Positions 12,561 to 25,952 are shown, counted from the first letter of the whole stretch. The stretch is DNA of 63,900 nucleotides, filler included, from Octopus bimaculoides (GCF_001194135.2; 10 parts of 9 records of this genome joined end to end with filler, not necessarily neighbours in it); one strand, 5' to 3'. The notes: generated from the letters alone by a model not told the origin. Made by a program: numbers and translations.

Positions 12561-14546
12561 ACTTTGGAAAGCTAAAATTTGGAGCTCAGTCATCAAGAAC
12601 ATTCAAAAAACTAGAAGATTAGCAGTATCTAACTCTCCAGGACATTGATATAAGTTAGTTGTTTTATAATTTATTCAACAAAAGGTTAAGAGCTGGGTTG
12701 TTAGGAAACAATGCTTATAAAATATTCCTAAAAAATATCTCCAACAAAGGTTTTTGCTTGTCACATTAAATTCTGTTTTCTCTCATCTCAGAACTATTGT
12801 ATTTAAATTATTTGCCTATGCTGAACATCAGTTTCTTCAGATTCTACACTTTTACTTCAACCCAAGTATACATAGTTTGACTGACCTGTGAATTGACCTC
12901 TAACCTGCTAATTAAATTCTTTACAGGATGGTGGGATAGTGTATATAAGCATTGATTAAGTGTTAAGTGTAGTATTTTAGTCCAAATACAAAATAAAATA
13001 ATAATTCCTCATCTCAGGCATTCAGACAGGAAATTATTTTGTTTGGGATTTCCTGTCCATAATGGAGGACACAGAATTTAAGTTCTTGTTAGTAGCTCTA
13101 TTATATATAATCTTTAAGAATATTAGCTCTTTATTTGTCTTGATTTGAATCATTACTTTACTGTTGTTATTGTATCAATCTTAAATGAGCAGACCTGTGA
13201 CCGAAGACATTCCAGCCATGACTGTTCTGTATTTTTCAGAGGTATCTAAGACTACATTAGCTAAATTATCTTTCTATCTTTTAAAGCTGTGGAATGTGAT
13301 TTGAGGGACATTTGGTTACTATTTCTTGCAGGTTAAGAGACAATTAGAGGCTACTGCATTAGCTTCACTGTTTTATGTAAAACAGTAGTTTAGTTCTAAG
13401 TCAGAAATTTTGAAACTGACCATGAAAAAAATATTACTGATATTTTTACCCCATTTCTTTATATTTATGAGAAACAGAGTTTCTTCTTCACCATTGTGTT
13501 TGACAAGTTTAAAAAGTTTAAAACCATCTTAATTTTATTAAACATGGCAAGTTGTCTGTCCCACTTCAAGATTCATACAGCTTGACTGAGCAGACCTATG
13601 ATAAAAGGTACTTAAGCTATGCTCATCCCATCCTCTAGATGGGATGAGCAGTTCTATATCTAGAACTGCAATGGCATTGCTCAATGTGTGTACTGTCTTT
13701 GTTGTCTGCATATTTGTAGGCTGTGGCTAACTGTTTAATTTCTATTTCAGACAGCATGGTGAGGAACATACAGGTTTTACCTTCTTGGTCTATGTCACAT
13801 CACTCATAGACATTGACTCTAACTCAAGAGCACAGTATGCCTTTCAATGGAGTTTTCATGGCAACAGTCTTGGACCAGCTGCATGGTCTGCCAGCACACA
13901 TACAGGATATTTTTATGAATCACTTCTAATGTGGATAGCTGCTGGCTCACAATGAGATCGTCTGTCCTTTGACAGATTATGTTTTCAGTCCTGCAGAGTG
14001 TCCACAATATTGGGGGAGCCAATTTAGTTGCTAACCACCTGATCTTGAAAAGGTAGTACTGGTTTACAAGGGACCAGTAATAATATTTTCCTGGCCTGAT
14101 CTTAGTGGTGGTGGTGACAATGGTAATGTTTGGGATGATGGTTAATGTAGTACAGATGGTGCATAGGGTAGTAGCAGAAGGGATTTGTTTGGAGATTAAA
14201 GAGAGTCATAGTTTGGATAGGAATGAACATGGTTACAATAATGATGATGATGATGCCACTTTAACAGAGAGTTATAACTAACAGATATAACTTCAAACTA
14301 ATACTTGCTATTAATGTAGTTTCTAAAGTTTGATTAGGTAATTCATCCCTTTTGTGGCACTTTCTATCCCTCCCTGATTAGTACAATACAAATATTGGAG
14401 AGATGATAGGATTTGCAAGAAATTACAAGTTATTATCATTAATAAATTTTCTTTCCAGAATGAACTGATCAACAATTATTACTGATTTTTTAAATCATTA
14501 TTTCTATTATGCTTTCCTCTCTCTCTCTCTCTCTCTCTCTCTGTTC

Positions 14547-14572
<26 letters not shown>

Positions 14573-14579
<7 letters not shown>

Positions 14580-15049
14580 TATCCCATAAATAATGCAGAT
14601 TTTTCATACTTCTTTTATTTTTCAAATTTAAGATAAACAAAGTTCTTTTTTAATTTAAAATATACACTTTTTCATTTTCTGCAATGCTCTTCCATCTATC
14701 TGGTAGACTTGCAAGACCCTTCTTCCAAAATTCACTTGTCTGTTATGAAAAGTACTCCTCCAGCACTGTTCTGACCTCGTCTACAGAATTCATATTTTTT
14801 CCATCCAAATGATTTTGAAGAGTGTGGAACAAATGATAATCTGATGGGGCAATGTCCAGCGAATATGGTGGGTGGGGCATCGTTTCCCAGCCTTTGGAAT
14901 GTCATCCTCACTGTATGTGGTCAAGCACTATCCTGGTGGAAAAACACCTTTTGTCTTGAAACCAAAGGTCATTTTGCTTCTAGAACTGGCTTTAAGAGTA
15001 TTGCAAAAGAACTGGCTGGAGGCCCAAGCTTCCAAGTTCTTTTACAGGG
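14573..15049 (-). mobile_element. Mariner (DD34D-type) transposon 3' part running into a gap
   Basis: Minus strand GWETMPHPPYSLDIAPSDYHLFHTLQNHLDGK..FWKKGLASLPDRW (HPPYSPDLAPSD motif). TIR-like GATTATCCCATAAATAATGC follows TA repeats. Confidence 0.85.
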
Positions 15050-15571
15050 NNNNNNNNNNNNNNNNNNNNNNNNNNNNNNNNNNNNNNNNNNNNNNNNNNN
15101 NNNNNNNNNNNNNNNNNNNNNNNNNNNNNNNNNNNNNNNNNNNNNNNNNNNNNNNNNNNNNNNNNNNNNNNNNNNNNNNNNNNNNNNNNNNNNNNNNNNN
15201 NNNNNNNNNNNNNNNNNNNNNNNNNNNNNNNNNNNNNNNNNNNNNNNNNNNNNNNNNNNNNNNNNNNNNNNNNNNNNNNNNNNNNNNNNNNNNNNNNNNN
15301 NNNNNNNNNNNNNNNNNNNNNNNNNNNNNNNNNNNNNNNNNNNNNNNNNNNNNNNNNNNNNNNNNNNNNNNNNNNNNNNNNNNNNNNNNNNNNNNNNNNN
15401 NNNNNNNNNNNNNNNNNNNNNNNNNNNNNNNNNNNNNNNNNNNNNNNNNNNNNNNNNNNNNNNNNNNNNNNNNNNNNNNNNNNNNNNNNNNNNNNNNNNN
15501 NNNNNNNNNNNNNNNNNNNNNNNNNNNNNNNNNNNNNNNNNNNNNNNNNNNNNNNNNNNNNNNNNNNNNNN

Positions 15572-15616
<45 letters not shown>

Positions 15617-15624
15617 TGATTGCC

Positions 15625-17395
15625 ACCTTTTTACAGAAGAAGGCCATAGGTAAAAGCTGTCATGAGATCTCATATGTCTAATAAGTCTGGTTTTGGACAA
15701 ACAGACCCTACTGCAGATGTTACAAACATTTTCAGTCAGAAAGGTGTCTGGGATTTAAGTTAAGTCCTGTTTACAAAGTTCTTGTTTCAAGCTGGATTGT
15801 TCAATTCTCTGTGTTTCAAATGCTTTACAACCATTGTAGATCACTTCTCTCCAAACTGATCGACCTTCCATCAATTGCTCCTGGTTTTCAACATTCACAT
15901 TAAGAGCCTTAAGGTTGCTGTTGATGGTATCCTTAAAATGTTTCTTGAGTTTATGTCTTGGATGTTTACCATGTTGCAACTCCCTATAAAACATCTGCTT
16001 AGGTAACTTGTCATTCTGCATCCTATTGAGGAGCCCAGTCCATGCATCCCATTGCATATTAGTAGCATTTCAATTCTGGATGAGTTGGCTTGCTCAAGAA
16101 CAGTAGTGTCTGGTGTAAGAGATTGCCACTTGATGTTTAAGATCCTCCTAAGATAAATTTGATGGAATTTTTCCAAAGCCTTAATATGATGATGACATGT
16201 GGGCCAATCCCCAGAAGAGTGCAAAAGGGCAGTTAAAACACACAATTCATAGATACTGAGCTTAGTTTTGATAGTGATGCCTCTGTCAGACCACACATGA
16301 TTTTCAAGCCTTCCAAATGCTTTGAGCCTTCCAAACGATTGAGAAAGCCAGCTTTCTCAATTGTCAGATTATTTCAGAATTAAGGAATACTCAGCAGTAC
16401 TCTAGAAAGAGTACTGCTGACCCTGGATAAAGATGTTAGGTTCAACATAGAGCTGACTTGGAGGTTGAGAGTACATTACCTCTGTTTTCTTCAGATTGAT
16501 GGTAAGTCCAAAAACAGTACATACTGTAGGGAAATGAACAGTCCTATTAATAGTGTTGAAGGTTGTTATTAATTGGCAAAGACCTGGTAAAGAGCTATGC
16601 AATGTTTGATGCATTTCTCCTGTAGTTGGCTAGCAGAAAAATCATGTTTGTTGTAACATGACCTGATCTAAAACCACATTAACTTTTTGGGATTACAGAG
16701 GAGTACATCCACTTTTTTAACTGATTAAATAAACGTTTTTTACGAAAACCTTGCCAACTCTTCGAGCAGGCTTATTTTTCTGTAATTTCCACACATGGAT
16801 TTGGATCCCTTTCCTTTGAACAATGAAATTAAATTGGCATGAATCCAGTCTTGGAGGACAAGAGCACCTGACCAGAAGCAAACCTGTCACACCCAGTCAT
16901 CCTCATGTCAAGACCCAGTTCCTTCCCAGTATTAATTTCTTTAATCAGTTTTTTAAAAATCTAATTCTTTGTTGTTTGGTCTATCATCTCAAGGATAATA
17001 TTCTTTTGAAATAGATTACTGACGACATTTTCAGCAATAACTGTGGGATTATAAAAAAAATATCTATTAAGTGCTCAGTCTAGCATTTCATGACACTTTC
17101 ATGATCCTTAGAAAGAAAGGAACTGTCCTTAGACTTGAGTAGTACTACAGATGAAGACTGAGGACTGAAGACTTGTCTCATTAAGTAATATGTTTTCCAG
17201 TTTTTACTGTTGTAAGCTTTATGAATTTTTTCAGAAATGTCAGACAACCATTGGTTTTTTATTTGTTGTATATTTTGTGTGATGATTTTCACCCCTCTGA
17301 GAGACTGCAGTCTGTACTTTTTATCTTTATCTGGTGCACTGAGATATTTTTGGTGCAACATGTTTTTATCCTCAAGAAGTTTACTGTACATATAT
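15625..17395 (-). mobile_element. RTE-clade LINE ORF2 remnant (internally deleted, frameshifted)
   Basis: FGLTINLKKTEVM, WSDRGITIKTKLSIY..CVLTALL, LEKFHQIYLRRILNIKWQ, RMQNDKLPKQMFY.EL..GK, and the C-terminal zinc finger CNICSRVCLSKTRLIRHMRSH. Confidence 0.9.
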
Positions 17396-17410
17396 GTGCA
17401 TATATATATA

Positions 17411-18848
17411 CTAGCAGAAATACCCGGCGTTGCCCGGGTTAAAGAGAATAATGAAATCTAAAAACGCCGTCTAGACTACACATCATCTTCATATATAGAG
17501 ATGTATATACACACACGCACCCAAACACACGTATATATATGTATATCAATATAAATATATGAAAGTCAATGAAGTTTCATAAAAGAAGGTGATCATGTAC
17601 ATACTTTCTTGCTGTTGTGATTATAACACCTCATTGTAAACTATGTTCCTTGTTTTCCCTTGTGGAGCATATACAAATANNNNNNNNNNNNNNNNNNNNN
17701 NNNNNNNNNNNNNNNNNNNNNNNNNNNNNNNNNNNNNNNNNNNNNNNNNNNNNNNNNNNNNNNNNNNNNNNNNNNNNNNNNNNNNNNNNNNNNNNNNNNN
17801 NNNNNNNNNNNNNNNNNNNNNNNNNNNNNNNNNNNNNNNNNNNNNNNNNNNNNNNNNNNNNNNNNNNNNNNNNNNNNNNNNNNNNNNNNNNNNNNNNNNN
17901 NNNNNNNNNNNNNNNNNNNNNNNNNNNNNNNNNNNNNNNNNNNNNNNNNNNNNNNNNNNNNNNNNNNNNNNNNNNNNNNNNNNNNNNNNNNNNNNNNNNN
18001 NNNNNNNNNNNNNNNNNNNNNNNNNNNNNNNNNNNNNNNNNNNNNNNNNNNNNNNNNNNNNNNNNNNNNNNNNNNNNNNNNNNNNNNNNNNNNNNNNNNN
18101 NNNNNNNNNNNNNNNNNNNNNNNNNNNNNNNNNNNNNNNNNNNNNNNNNNNNNNNNNNNNNNNNNNNNNNNNNNNNNNNNNNNNNNNNNNNNNNNNNNNN
18201 NNNNNNNNNNNNNNNNNNNNNNNNNNNNNNNNNNNNNNNNNNNNNNNNNNNNNNNNNNNNNNNNNNNNNNNNNNNNNNNNNNNNNNNNNNNNNNNNNNNN
18301 NNNNNNNNNNNNNNNNNNNNNNNNNNNNNNNNNNNNNNNNNNNNNNNNNNNNNNNNNNNNNNNNNNNNNNNNNNNNNNNNNNNNNNNNNNNNNNNNNNNN
18401 NNNNNNNNNNNNNNNNNNNNNNNNNNNNNNNNNNNNNNNNNNNNNNNNNNNNNNNNNNNNNNNNNNNNNNNNNNNNNNNNNNNNNNNNNNNNNNNNNNNN
18501 NNNNNNNNNNNNNNNNNNNNNNNNNNNNNNNNNNNNNNNNNNNNNNNNNNNNNNNNNNNNNNNNNNNNNNNNNNNNNNNNNNNNNNNNNNNNNNNNNNNN
18601 NNNNNNNNNNNNNNNNNNNNNNNNNNNNNNNNNNNNNNNNTAAAGTGAAAGTATTTGACATGAGTGTTTTTGTTTCACTTTTGACACGTAATACTTAAAT
18701 AGTGGAGGAGATATTATGTTGCCGTGTGCTCGAACTCTGCAAGAAGTTAATAATTGTTTTTGACTAAAACACAACTGGAACCCTAAGTAAGGCATGTGTA
18801 AAATTTGAATGAAATTGGTTGCGTAGTTCTCGAGTTTTAGGGATTCAC

Positions 18849-18894
<46 letters not shown>

Positions 18895-18895
18895 C

Positions 18896-18939
<44 letters not shown>

Positions 18940-18979
18940 CACATTCTCATTTATATATATATATATATAAGATATAAGA
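17411..18979 (-). mobile_element. Non-autonomous Helitron (Lep1/HINE-like); centre lies in a gap
   Basis: On the minus strand it starts A|TC(TTATA..TAAAATGAGAATGTG) followed by a (TCTG)n tract. It ends with the GC hairpin CCCGGGCAACGCCGGG, 8 nt, then CTAG|T. No TSD. The 5' TC could alternatively be at 18972. Confidence 0.8.
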
Positions 18980-19534
18980 TATATATATATATGTATATGT
19001 ATGTATGTATAAATATGTATGTATGTATAAATACACATGTAGACAAACACACACACGCATATACCTTACCCACCTTTCCATAATGATATTTTCTACCAAC
19101 TATACCGCCAGCCATGCACATAATTCAATACATCTACCTCCACCTACCTCTCTAATTATTTGTTATTCTCCCCTCACATTTGTTCTTATGAAACAGCCTA
19201 CCTTTCCCTTTCCATCTGATCCACTCACTGTTTCTTCTTTTATGCTCACCTCCCTTGAGAGTTTGCTATACCATCACTACTATCTTTCTTCTATATCTTC
19301 ATCTTCTCAGTTACTTCTAATCACCCTTATAACTTGGAGTAGTAACCTTGTATCTCCTCTATAGCAAGACATCTGTTTTTGTCTCTCTATTATACTTTAC
19401 CCTCTCACCACTTGGCACAAAGTCATCTCCTCATACCACCCCTTCCAACTTAGTCATGTGGCTTTTCTTTTTTTCTGTTCTTTTCTATTTTCCAATTTGA
19501 TAACTTCATAAGTGTCAATGGACTGAAAAAAGTA

Positions 19535-19675
19535 CTCAGTAAGGTGGTTGGCATTAGGAAAGGCATCCAGCTGCAGAAGACACTGGATCTTGGTACAGCC
19601 CTGCAGCTTGTCAGGTCCTGTCAAGCCATCCAACCCATTGCCAGCATGAAAAACAGACGTAGAATAATAATGATC
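19535..19675 (+). mobile_element. SINE-like family C fragment
   Basis: GTTGGCATTAGGAAAGGCATCCAGCTG..CCAACCCATTGCCAGCATGAAAAACAGACG..AATAATGAT. Confidence 0.65.
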
Positions 19676-19839
19676 TCACACATATGACATAAGATAATAG
19701 GCACATACAATTACTATACAGATCAAATTTGTGCATAAACTCAAGCTTAAAGTGCAGCTGACTAAATGAGGATTGCCTATAGTCAATGTACTGATTGAGT
19801 TGGTACATGTATAACAGTAACAGAACAGATAGAGATGAG

Positions 19840-19985
19840 ACTGGTTGAGAAGTCTGCTTCTCAAACTCATGGATTTAAATTCAGTCCCACTGCCTGACAC
19901 CTTGGGCAAGTGTCTTCAACTATACCAAAGTCTTATGAGTAAATTTTGTAGATGGAAAATGAAAGAAGTCCATCACATATATATA
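19840..19985 (+). mobile_element. SINE family A 5' half (degenerate)
   Basis: TTCAGTCCCACTGC..CACCTTGGGCAAGTGTCTTC..GATGGAAAATGAAAGAAG. Confidence 0.7.
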
Positions 19986-20263
19986 TGTATGTATGTAGAA
20001 GGTTAAAAAGGAACACATGAGTTGATATGTATAAGAAAAATAAGACAAGGTAGAAAATGCTAAAATAATTTTATCATGAAGAACATTTTAGTTCCAGTTT
20101 CAGTCTTTGCGACTTTTTAAATTTAGAGTAAAGCATGCAAAATAATTAAATTGTGGAAAAATAAAATGAAATGATTTTTAAACATATTTCCATAGTTTTC
20201 AAATACAAGGGACATTTTCCTTTTTTTCTCTATCTCTCTCTTTATTACTCTCATGAAAGCTTG

Positions 20264-20324
<61 letters not shown>

Positions 20325-20535
20325 CAGCTCAAAAAGAATATTTGATATGAGTTCTTGGTTTTCATTGTTTAAGCAGTAGGAAGGAGGTGGTGAAGAAGAA
20401 GAAGAAGAAGAAGAAGAAGAAGAAAAATAAGAAGAAGAAGAAGAAGAAGAAGANNNNNNNNNNGAAGAAGAAGAAGGAGAAGGAGAAGAAGGAGAAGAAG
20501 AAGAAGAAGAAGAAGAAGAAGAAGAAGAAGAAGAA
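20264..20535. repeat. (TAG)n and (GAA)n microsatellites
   Basis: Direct inspection. Confidence 0.95.
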
Positions 20536-20727
20536 TATGGGAGTGGTATGACAGTAGTAAGATGTTGGTGGAATCTTCTTAAATGGTCAAGTGAACTAAA
20601 TGTAACCTGTTGTGATTGTAATAGTAGTGATTGGAATTGTTCTGAATAAATTCATGGGTAGTGAGTGTTCTGCATATACCGTTTTTAATATTTGCATGGG
20701 TATTATTCTAAGGCCCTTGTAGTAGTG

Positions 20728-22465
20728 TCATTTGTGGTGGACACATTCAAAAGGGGGTTTATATTTTGTGATAAAACATGACTCTTTGCTAATGTGCTGG
20801 CTACAAGTTGCATTGTCCCTGAATTTATAAAGGGGAAAAATTCTGAAGTTAGGTTGTTCATTAGTTGTGCAAATGTTGATGTGCTTGCTGAATGCTAATT
20901 TTCCATATTCCTGAATTTTGATCTGGAATCTATGTAGAGTTAGAGTCATCCTTTGATGTAGACTGTTTTTGGTTTGGCCTATGTATTGCTCTCGACACCC
21001 TGAGCAAGTTAATACATATATTAGGTTTGCCGAAGAATATGTGAAGTTGTTTTACTCTGTAAAACGTTGACCCTGTTTGAAAGAGAACTCCAATCCCTCA
21101 ATTAGGTTGATGCATATACCACAGACGGCTGCAGTGTTGTTGAATGTACTTCGGCTTGTGTTAGGAGTCTTTTCATAGATTTGGGTTGTCTTTTGCTCTT
21201 TATGAGGGTGTGCATTTGGAGGATTAAATTCAGTCTGTGGTCCCTTTTTAGTAGGGGAATGTTCTGGAGAATGGCATCAAAGGTTTCATTGTTAAGGGGT
21301 TGTGTGTGGAAATGTATGGTAGGGCTTTTGGTTGTAAATCCTGCTTTAGTTTGGGATGTCTGAGTTTGTGGATGTTGAGTTTGCAGAGCACATTGAAAGC
21401 CTATATCAATTAGTGATGGTGGGTAGTTCCTGGTAATGAGTGTATCCTTTAGTTCATGTAGTCATGTGTCCCTGGTGCTTGTATTAGAAACTATAGTACA
21501 AATCTTTTTGCTAGGTTGAAGGGGATATTCATTCTAGTGTGTCTGGGGTGGCATGAGTTTAACAGTAGATATTGCTTGGAGTCCATGGGCTTATAGTATA
21601 TATCTGTTTCTATTTTGTTGTTGGATTTCTTAATGAAGATGTCAAAGAATGGAAGTTGGTGATAGCTATAATCCATCGTAAATTGAATGTTTATGTCAAG
21701 TCCATTTGTAAGTGCTTGAAATTCTTCAAGTCTCTCGACACTTTCATGCCAAAGAATGAAATAGTCATCCAGATGCCTCTTCCAGTTATTTTCTATGTAG
21801 AGGGAGAATGTATTTTTCTAGTATCTTACGATAAAGACTGATTTCCAGATATCCCATGACTAGGTTAGCATTCTCATACCCATCACAGTCCCCAATTTTG
21901 TCGATAGAAGTTGTCTTTGAAGACAAAGAAGTTATTCTCCAAGATGAATTTTAGTCCTTCTATTACAAATTCTTTTTCAATGCGATGTGGGAGCTCATTG
22001 GTGTAACTCTCCAGCCAGAATTGAATTGCCTCTATTCTTAGGTTGTGGGGAATGTTAGAATAGAGGTTGACTACCTCGAAGGATATTAGTAGGGTGTTTT
22101 TGTTTATTGTTTTAGAGAAGTGATTAAGCATATCTAGGTCATCCCTTATGTAGCTTTTGATATGCTTGAGGGATGGTTTCAAGAGGGTATCTAAAAAGCT
22201 ACTGAGGTTGTGAGTTTCACATGCGGTACCTGCTTTTATAGGTCTCGATTTAAGGTCATTAGGTGTAGGGACGTTGATTATTATGTCTGTGGCTATCCTG
22301 CATGCATTACTTATTTTCTCACTTTTGTGTATCTTAGGAATACCGTAGAATTGACTGGAAAAATACTTTTACTAAATCTCTTTTATTCATTTCCTCACTT
22401 TCAGCCTTGTACTAATAAAGTATAATTTGAAGTGTTTTTTAGAGTCATTTGATGTCTATCTCTAG
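20728..22465 (-). mobile_element. Penelope-like element RT + GIY-YIG pseudogene
   Basis: FYGIPKIHK..RPI.AG.ACETHNLSSFLDTLLKP, V.NLYSNIPH, LENNFFVF...FYRQ, LPFFDIFI..IETDIYYKPMDSKQYL..SCHPRH..NIPF, and NLIYVLTCSGCREQYIGQTKNSLHQR. Multiple frameshifts. Confidence 0.92.
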
Positions 22466-22856
22466 CATGTAGGTGCTGCTTCTCACTAACCTTAATTATA
22501 ATTATATCTATATAATTATATATCTATAAATCTCCCTCTACCACTCTCTCTCTCTTCCCCTTACACCGGCATGGTCACATGCTTCCGGTCAATAATCCTT
22601 TTCTTCCTTGGCTATCGCCGAGCAAACACGCGAACTCACTTCGTCCCTACTTTCAAGTTCGTGCCTCACAGCGTTCATACACACATAATTTTTCTCGTCT
22701 GGCCGTAAAGCCTTTTCTGTTTGTTTTCCTGTCTTGTTTTTTGTCCGCCACTACATTCCTCCATGGCAAGATTTAATTTGCGTATACAAATTTAATCTGC
22801 GGTCCATGGGATNNNNNNNNNNNNNNNNNNNNNNNNNNNNNNNNNNNNNNNNNNNN

Positions 22857-22868
22857 TTAATTAATTAA
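22857..22868. other. Assembly spacer TTAATTAATTAA inside a ~100-nt N block (9 occurrences)
   Basis: The identical 12-mer is centred in N-runs at 22857, 27418, 39273, 45897, 50158, 52340, 53614, 59816 and 62643. It encodes stops in all six frames. Confidence 0.95.
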
Positions 22869-22912
22869 NNNNNNNNNNNNNNNNNNNNNNNNNNNNNNNN
22901 NNNNNNNNNNNN

Positions 22913-22977
<65 letters not shown>

Positions 22978-23123
22978 TTGTGTGTAGGTGTATGAATGTA
23001 TGTTAATATATATATGGATTTATTTTTACGATTAAATAAAAAGACAACAAACGGAAAATATCACTTATGTATAGTATTGAAAAAACGTAGTAATTATACA
23101 AACGAACATATATTTAATACACG

Positions 23124-23162
<39 letters not shown>

Positions 23163-25573
23163 GATATATATTGATAGATAGTTATATAACATATCCATAT
23201 ATGGGTCTGTGTCTATGTGCGTGCGTGTGTGTGTTCGCGCGTGTGTGTTCGCGTGTGCGTGGTTTCGTGTGTGTGCATGTGTGTGTGTGTATAACTTAAT
23301 TCAAGTCAAATGAAGTATATTCAACTTACTATGGAACAATGTTTCGATGAAAACAAAACAAAATAATCACATACGTGTCGGAATATATAATATATATCAT
23401 TCTAAGCCATTTTTCTGAAGTCGCTGATTTAAGTAAACAACCGTGCATTACAGTAATTAATACTTTGCGAAGCTATTCTTGTTAACTTCCTCAGTGAAGT
23501 TCATTAAAAGAAGATAAATAATTAGTTGCTAATTTTATATTCTTTACAAAATTTAACTTTCAAAAACCCATTATATGCTGGAAAATTGGGTTTCAATTTA
23601 CTTCAGAGGGTGAGAAAATTTGGTTTGTTTCATTTTCTATATTGTCAGCAATTCTCTGCCCATTATAATTCATACTGCAAATGTTCATTTACATCAGCTG
23701 TAGGCATGATTCGTGGAATGAATGGAAAGAAGAAGAAAGATGCTTTTGTTATTATTGTTACATAAAAGAGAGGAAACTAGATTGGATAAATTGATTGCTA
23801 TTACAACATGTCAACGCGAATCTCAAAGAATATTTCTCCATGGTAACTGAGTGTCTGTTCACATTAGTAATATGTACAAATGATTTGAGTGTTATACAGC
23901 TACATCACTCACGTTTAGAAAACGTTTCCATAGATTGATACAGAAACCTAGAAGTCTAAATCATTTATGTCCACGTAATTTGTATCCTTTTTTCTTTTGT
24001 GAGTAGATATGTTCCTTCAAAATTGATTTGGAAAATCAACATTTATGCTGAAATATTGAGGTTTATATAAGAGGGCGAGTTAATTTGCTTAGAAGAGCAG
24101 AAGTGTTTCCTATTCAACCGTTTAATAAATGTGTGTCTGTCTGTTAGTGTTTGTGTATGTATATGTATGTAAATATATATACTCATATCGATATTATATG
24201 TATACTTGTATGTGTGCGCGTGTGTGTATTTTCTGGTATTATATCATTAACAAAACACTGTTCTGAAAATATTAGGGGAAAAATGTAAGTGACTGACATG
24301 AAATGAGTAGATGTTGTAGAAAAAATTATCATATTGTTGCAGCGGCAAAGTAGCGGAAAAGAGAGAATATAACAGAGTGAGTGGCAGTAAATAATTGCAT
24401 TTGAAAAGAAGCAAGTGAATGTAAAAGACTACCAAACTATTTGATGTCATATAGAATTCTGCTATTTAATGAAACTGCTAGTAGATTTACATTACAAACC
24501 GAAAATTACGAACATCATCGAAATCATATAATATCAATCGTCTTACAAGCACTGTTTTTAGACAAATGTCATTTTTAAATACACTAAAAACAAACTTTGG
24601 GTTAGTTAAAATATGTTGGTGACATACTTTAACTTCTAAAAGCAAAATCACTGCAGTAATCATAAAGAAAAAAAAACTTCTAGCTTATACTAAAAGGAGT
24701 AAAAGCGCGATATCTTCTCAGTACCTCCCGATAACGGACTCCCGGACGCGTTTCCGCAGCAAATATGCTTTTAGAAGTTAAGGTGTGTCAGAAATATATT
24801 CTAACTAACCCAAGGTTCTTTTATTGCTCATTACTGCATATCACTGATACAAGTATATTTATTCCGGGCGAGCGGTCCGTGAGCGCAACTCAGTTATCGA
24901 TATTGAATTTTAAGATAAGGGTACGGATTTCGAAGCTTCTCCAGTTGTCTCTCTTCGGCGTCTCTTTCTGGGGAGGGCTAAATAACCAGAGACGCTCTTG
25001 GACGTTCGCTTGCAGGAAATTCTGATTCGATATAGTGTTTTTACATACATTTTAACATAAGGTAAAATTATTTCTCTTCTGTGAATTTGTCTTTACGAGA
25101 TGAACTCTCACAAACATATTTTAACTGACCTGATATTCGTTTATCACTCATTATTGCATAGCGTTAATATCAATAAATTCATACTGCGCTTATATGTGGT
25201 GAGTATAATCCATCGGCAAAATCTGTAGATCTGTATATGGTGGCCGTCGTACAGACAGGTTGCCTCACGATTTATACGGAACTTGCTGTCACAATTAATT
25301 TTCCAAGTCTGCAGATATCATAATGCACAGCACACACACGCAAGCACACACAGAAACTTATATATGTATAAGTGCGTATATAAATATATAAGTAAATATA
25401 TGTAAATATATATATATATATAAATATTCTCAAATACCCAAAATTTCAAGGAGTTCCTGCCTTAAAAACAGGAGCTAACCACAGTTATTTTGTGTTCTTT
25501 GCTACATTGGTTTCTATTAACCCATTTATTCTATCAGAAGAATTTTTATTCATTAAGATAGAAGAAATACACA

Positions 25574-25631
<58 letters not shown>

Positions 25632-25694
25632 CATGCATACATGTTTGCGTGTGTGTATATGTGTGTATGTGTGTGTGTGTGTGTCTGGGTGTGT

Positions 25695-25847
25695 GCGTCT
25701 GTGTGGTATGCAGGTTGCTTCCCAACGACATGGTTCCGGTTTCAGTCCCACTGCGTGGCACCATGTGCAAGTGTCTTCTATTATAGCGTCGGGCCGATGA
25801 AAGCTTTCTGACAGGATTTGTTAGACGGGAGCTGAAAGAAACCCGTC
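25695..25847 (+). mobile_element. SINE family A 5' half, truncated at the 5S fragment
   Basis: CTGTGTGGTATG..GGTTCCGGTTTCAGTCCCACTGCGTGGCACC..GCAAGTGTCTTCTATTATAGC..GCTGAAAGAAACCCGTC. Confidence 0.8.
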
Positions 25848-25952
25848 TTCACATTCCAAGCACCGGTTATCGTCCGATCACCGAAGTTAAACAACATCGA
25901 GCCTAGTGAGTACTTAGATGGGGTACAGCTTGGGAAACCTTTGTGCTGTAAG
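25848..25952 (+). pseudogene. 5S rRNA: 5S rRNA pseudogene lacking the first ~14 nt
   Basis: CACCGGTTATCGTCCGATCACCGAAGTTAAACAACATCGAGCCTAGTGAGTACTTAGATGGGGTACAGCTTGGGAAACCTTTGTGCTGTAAG aligns co-linearly with metazoan 5S. Box A is largely intact and box C is mutated. Confidence 0.9.
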
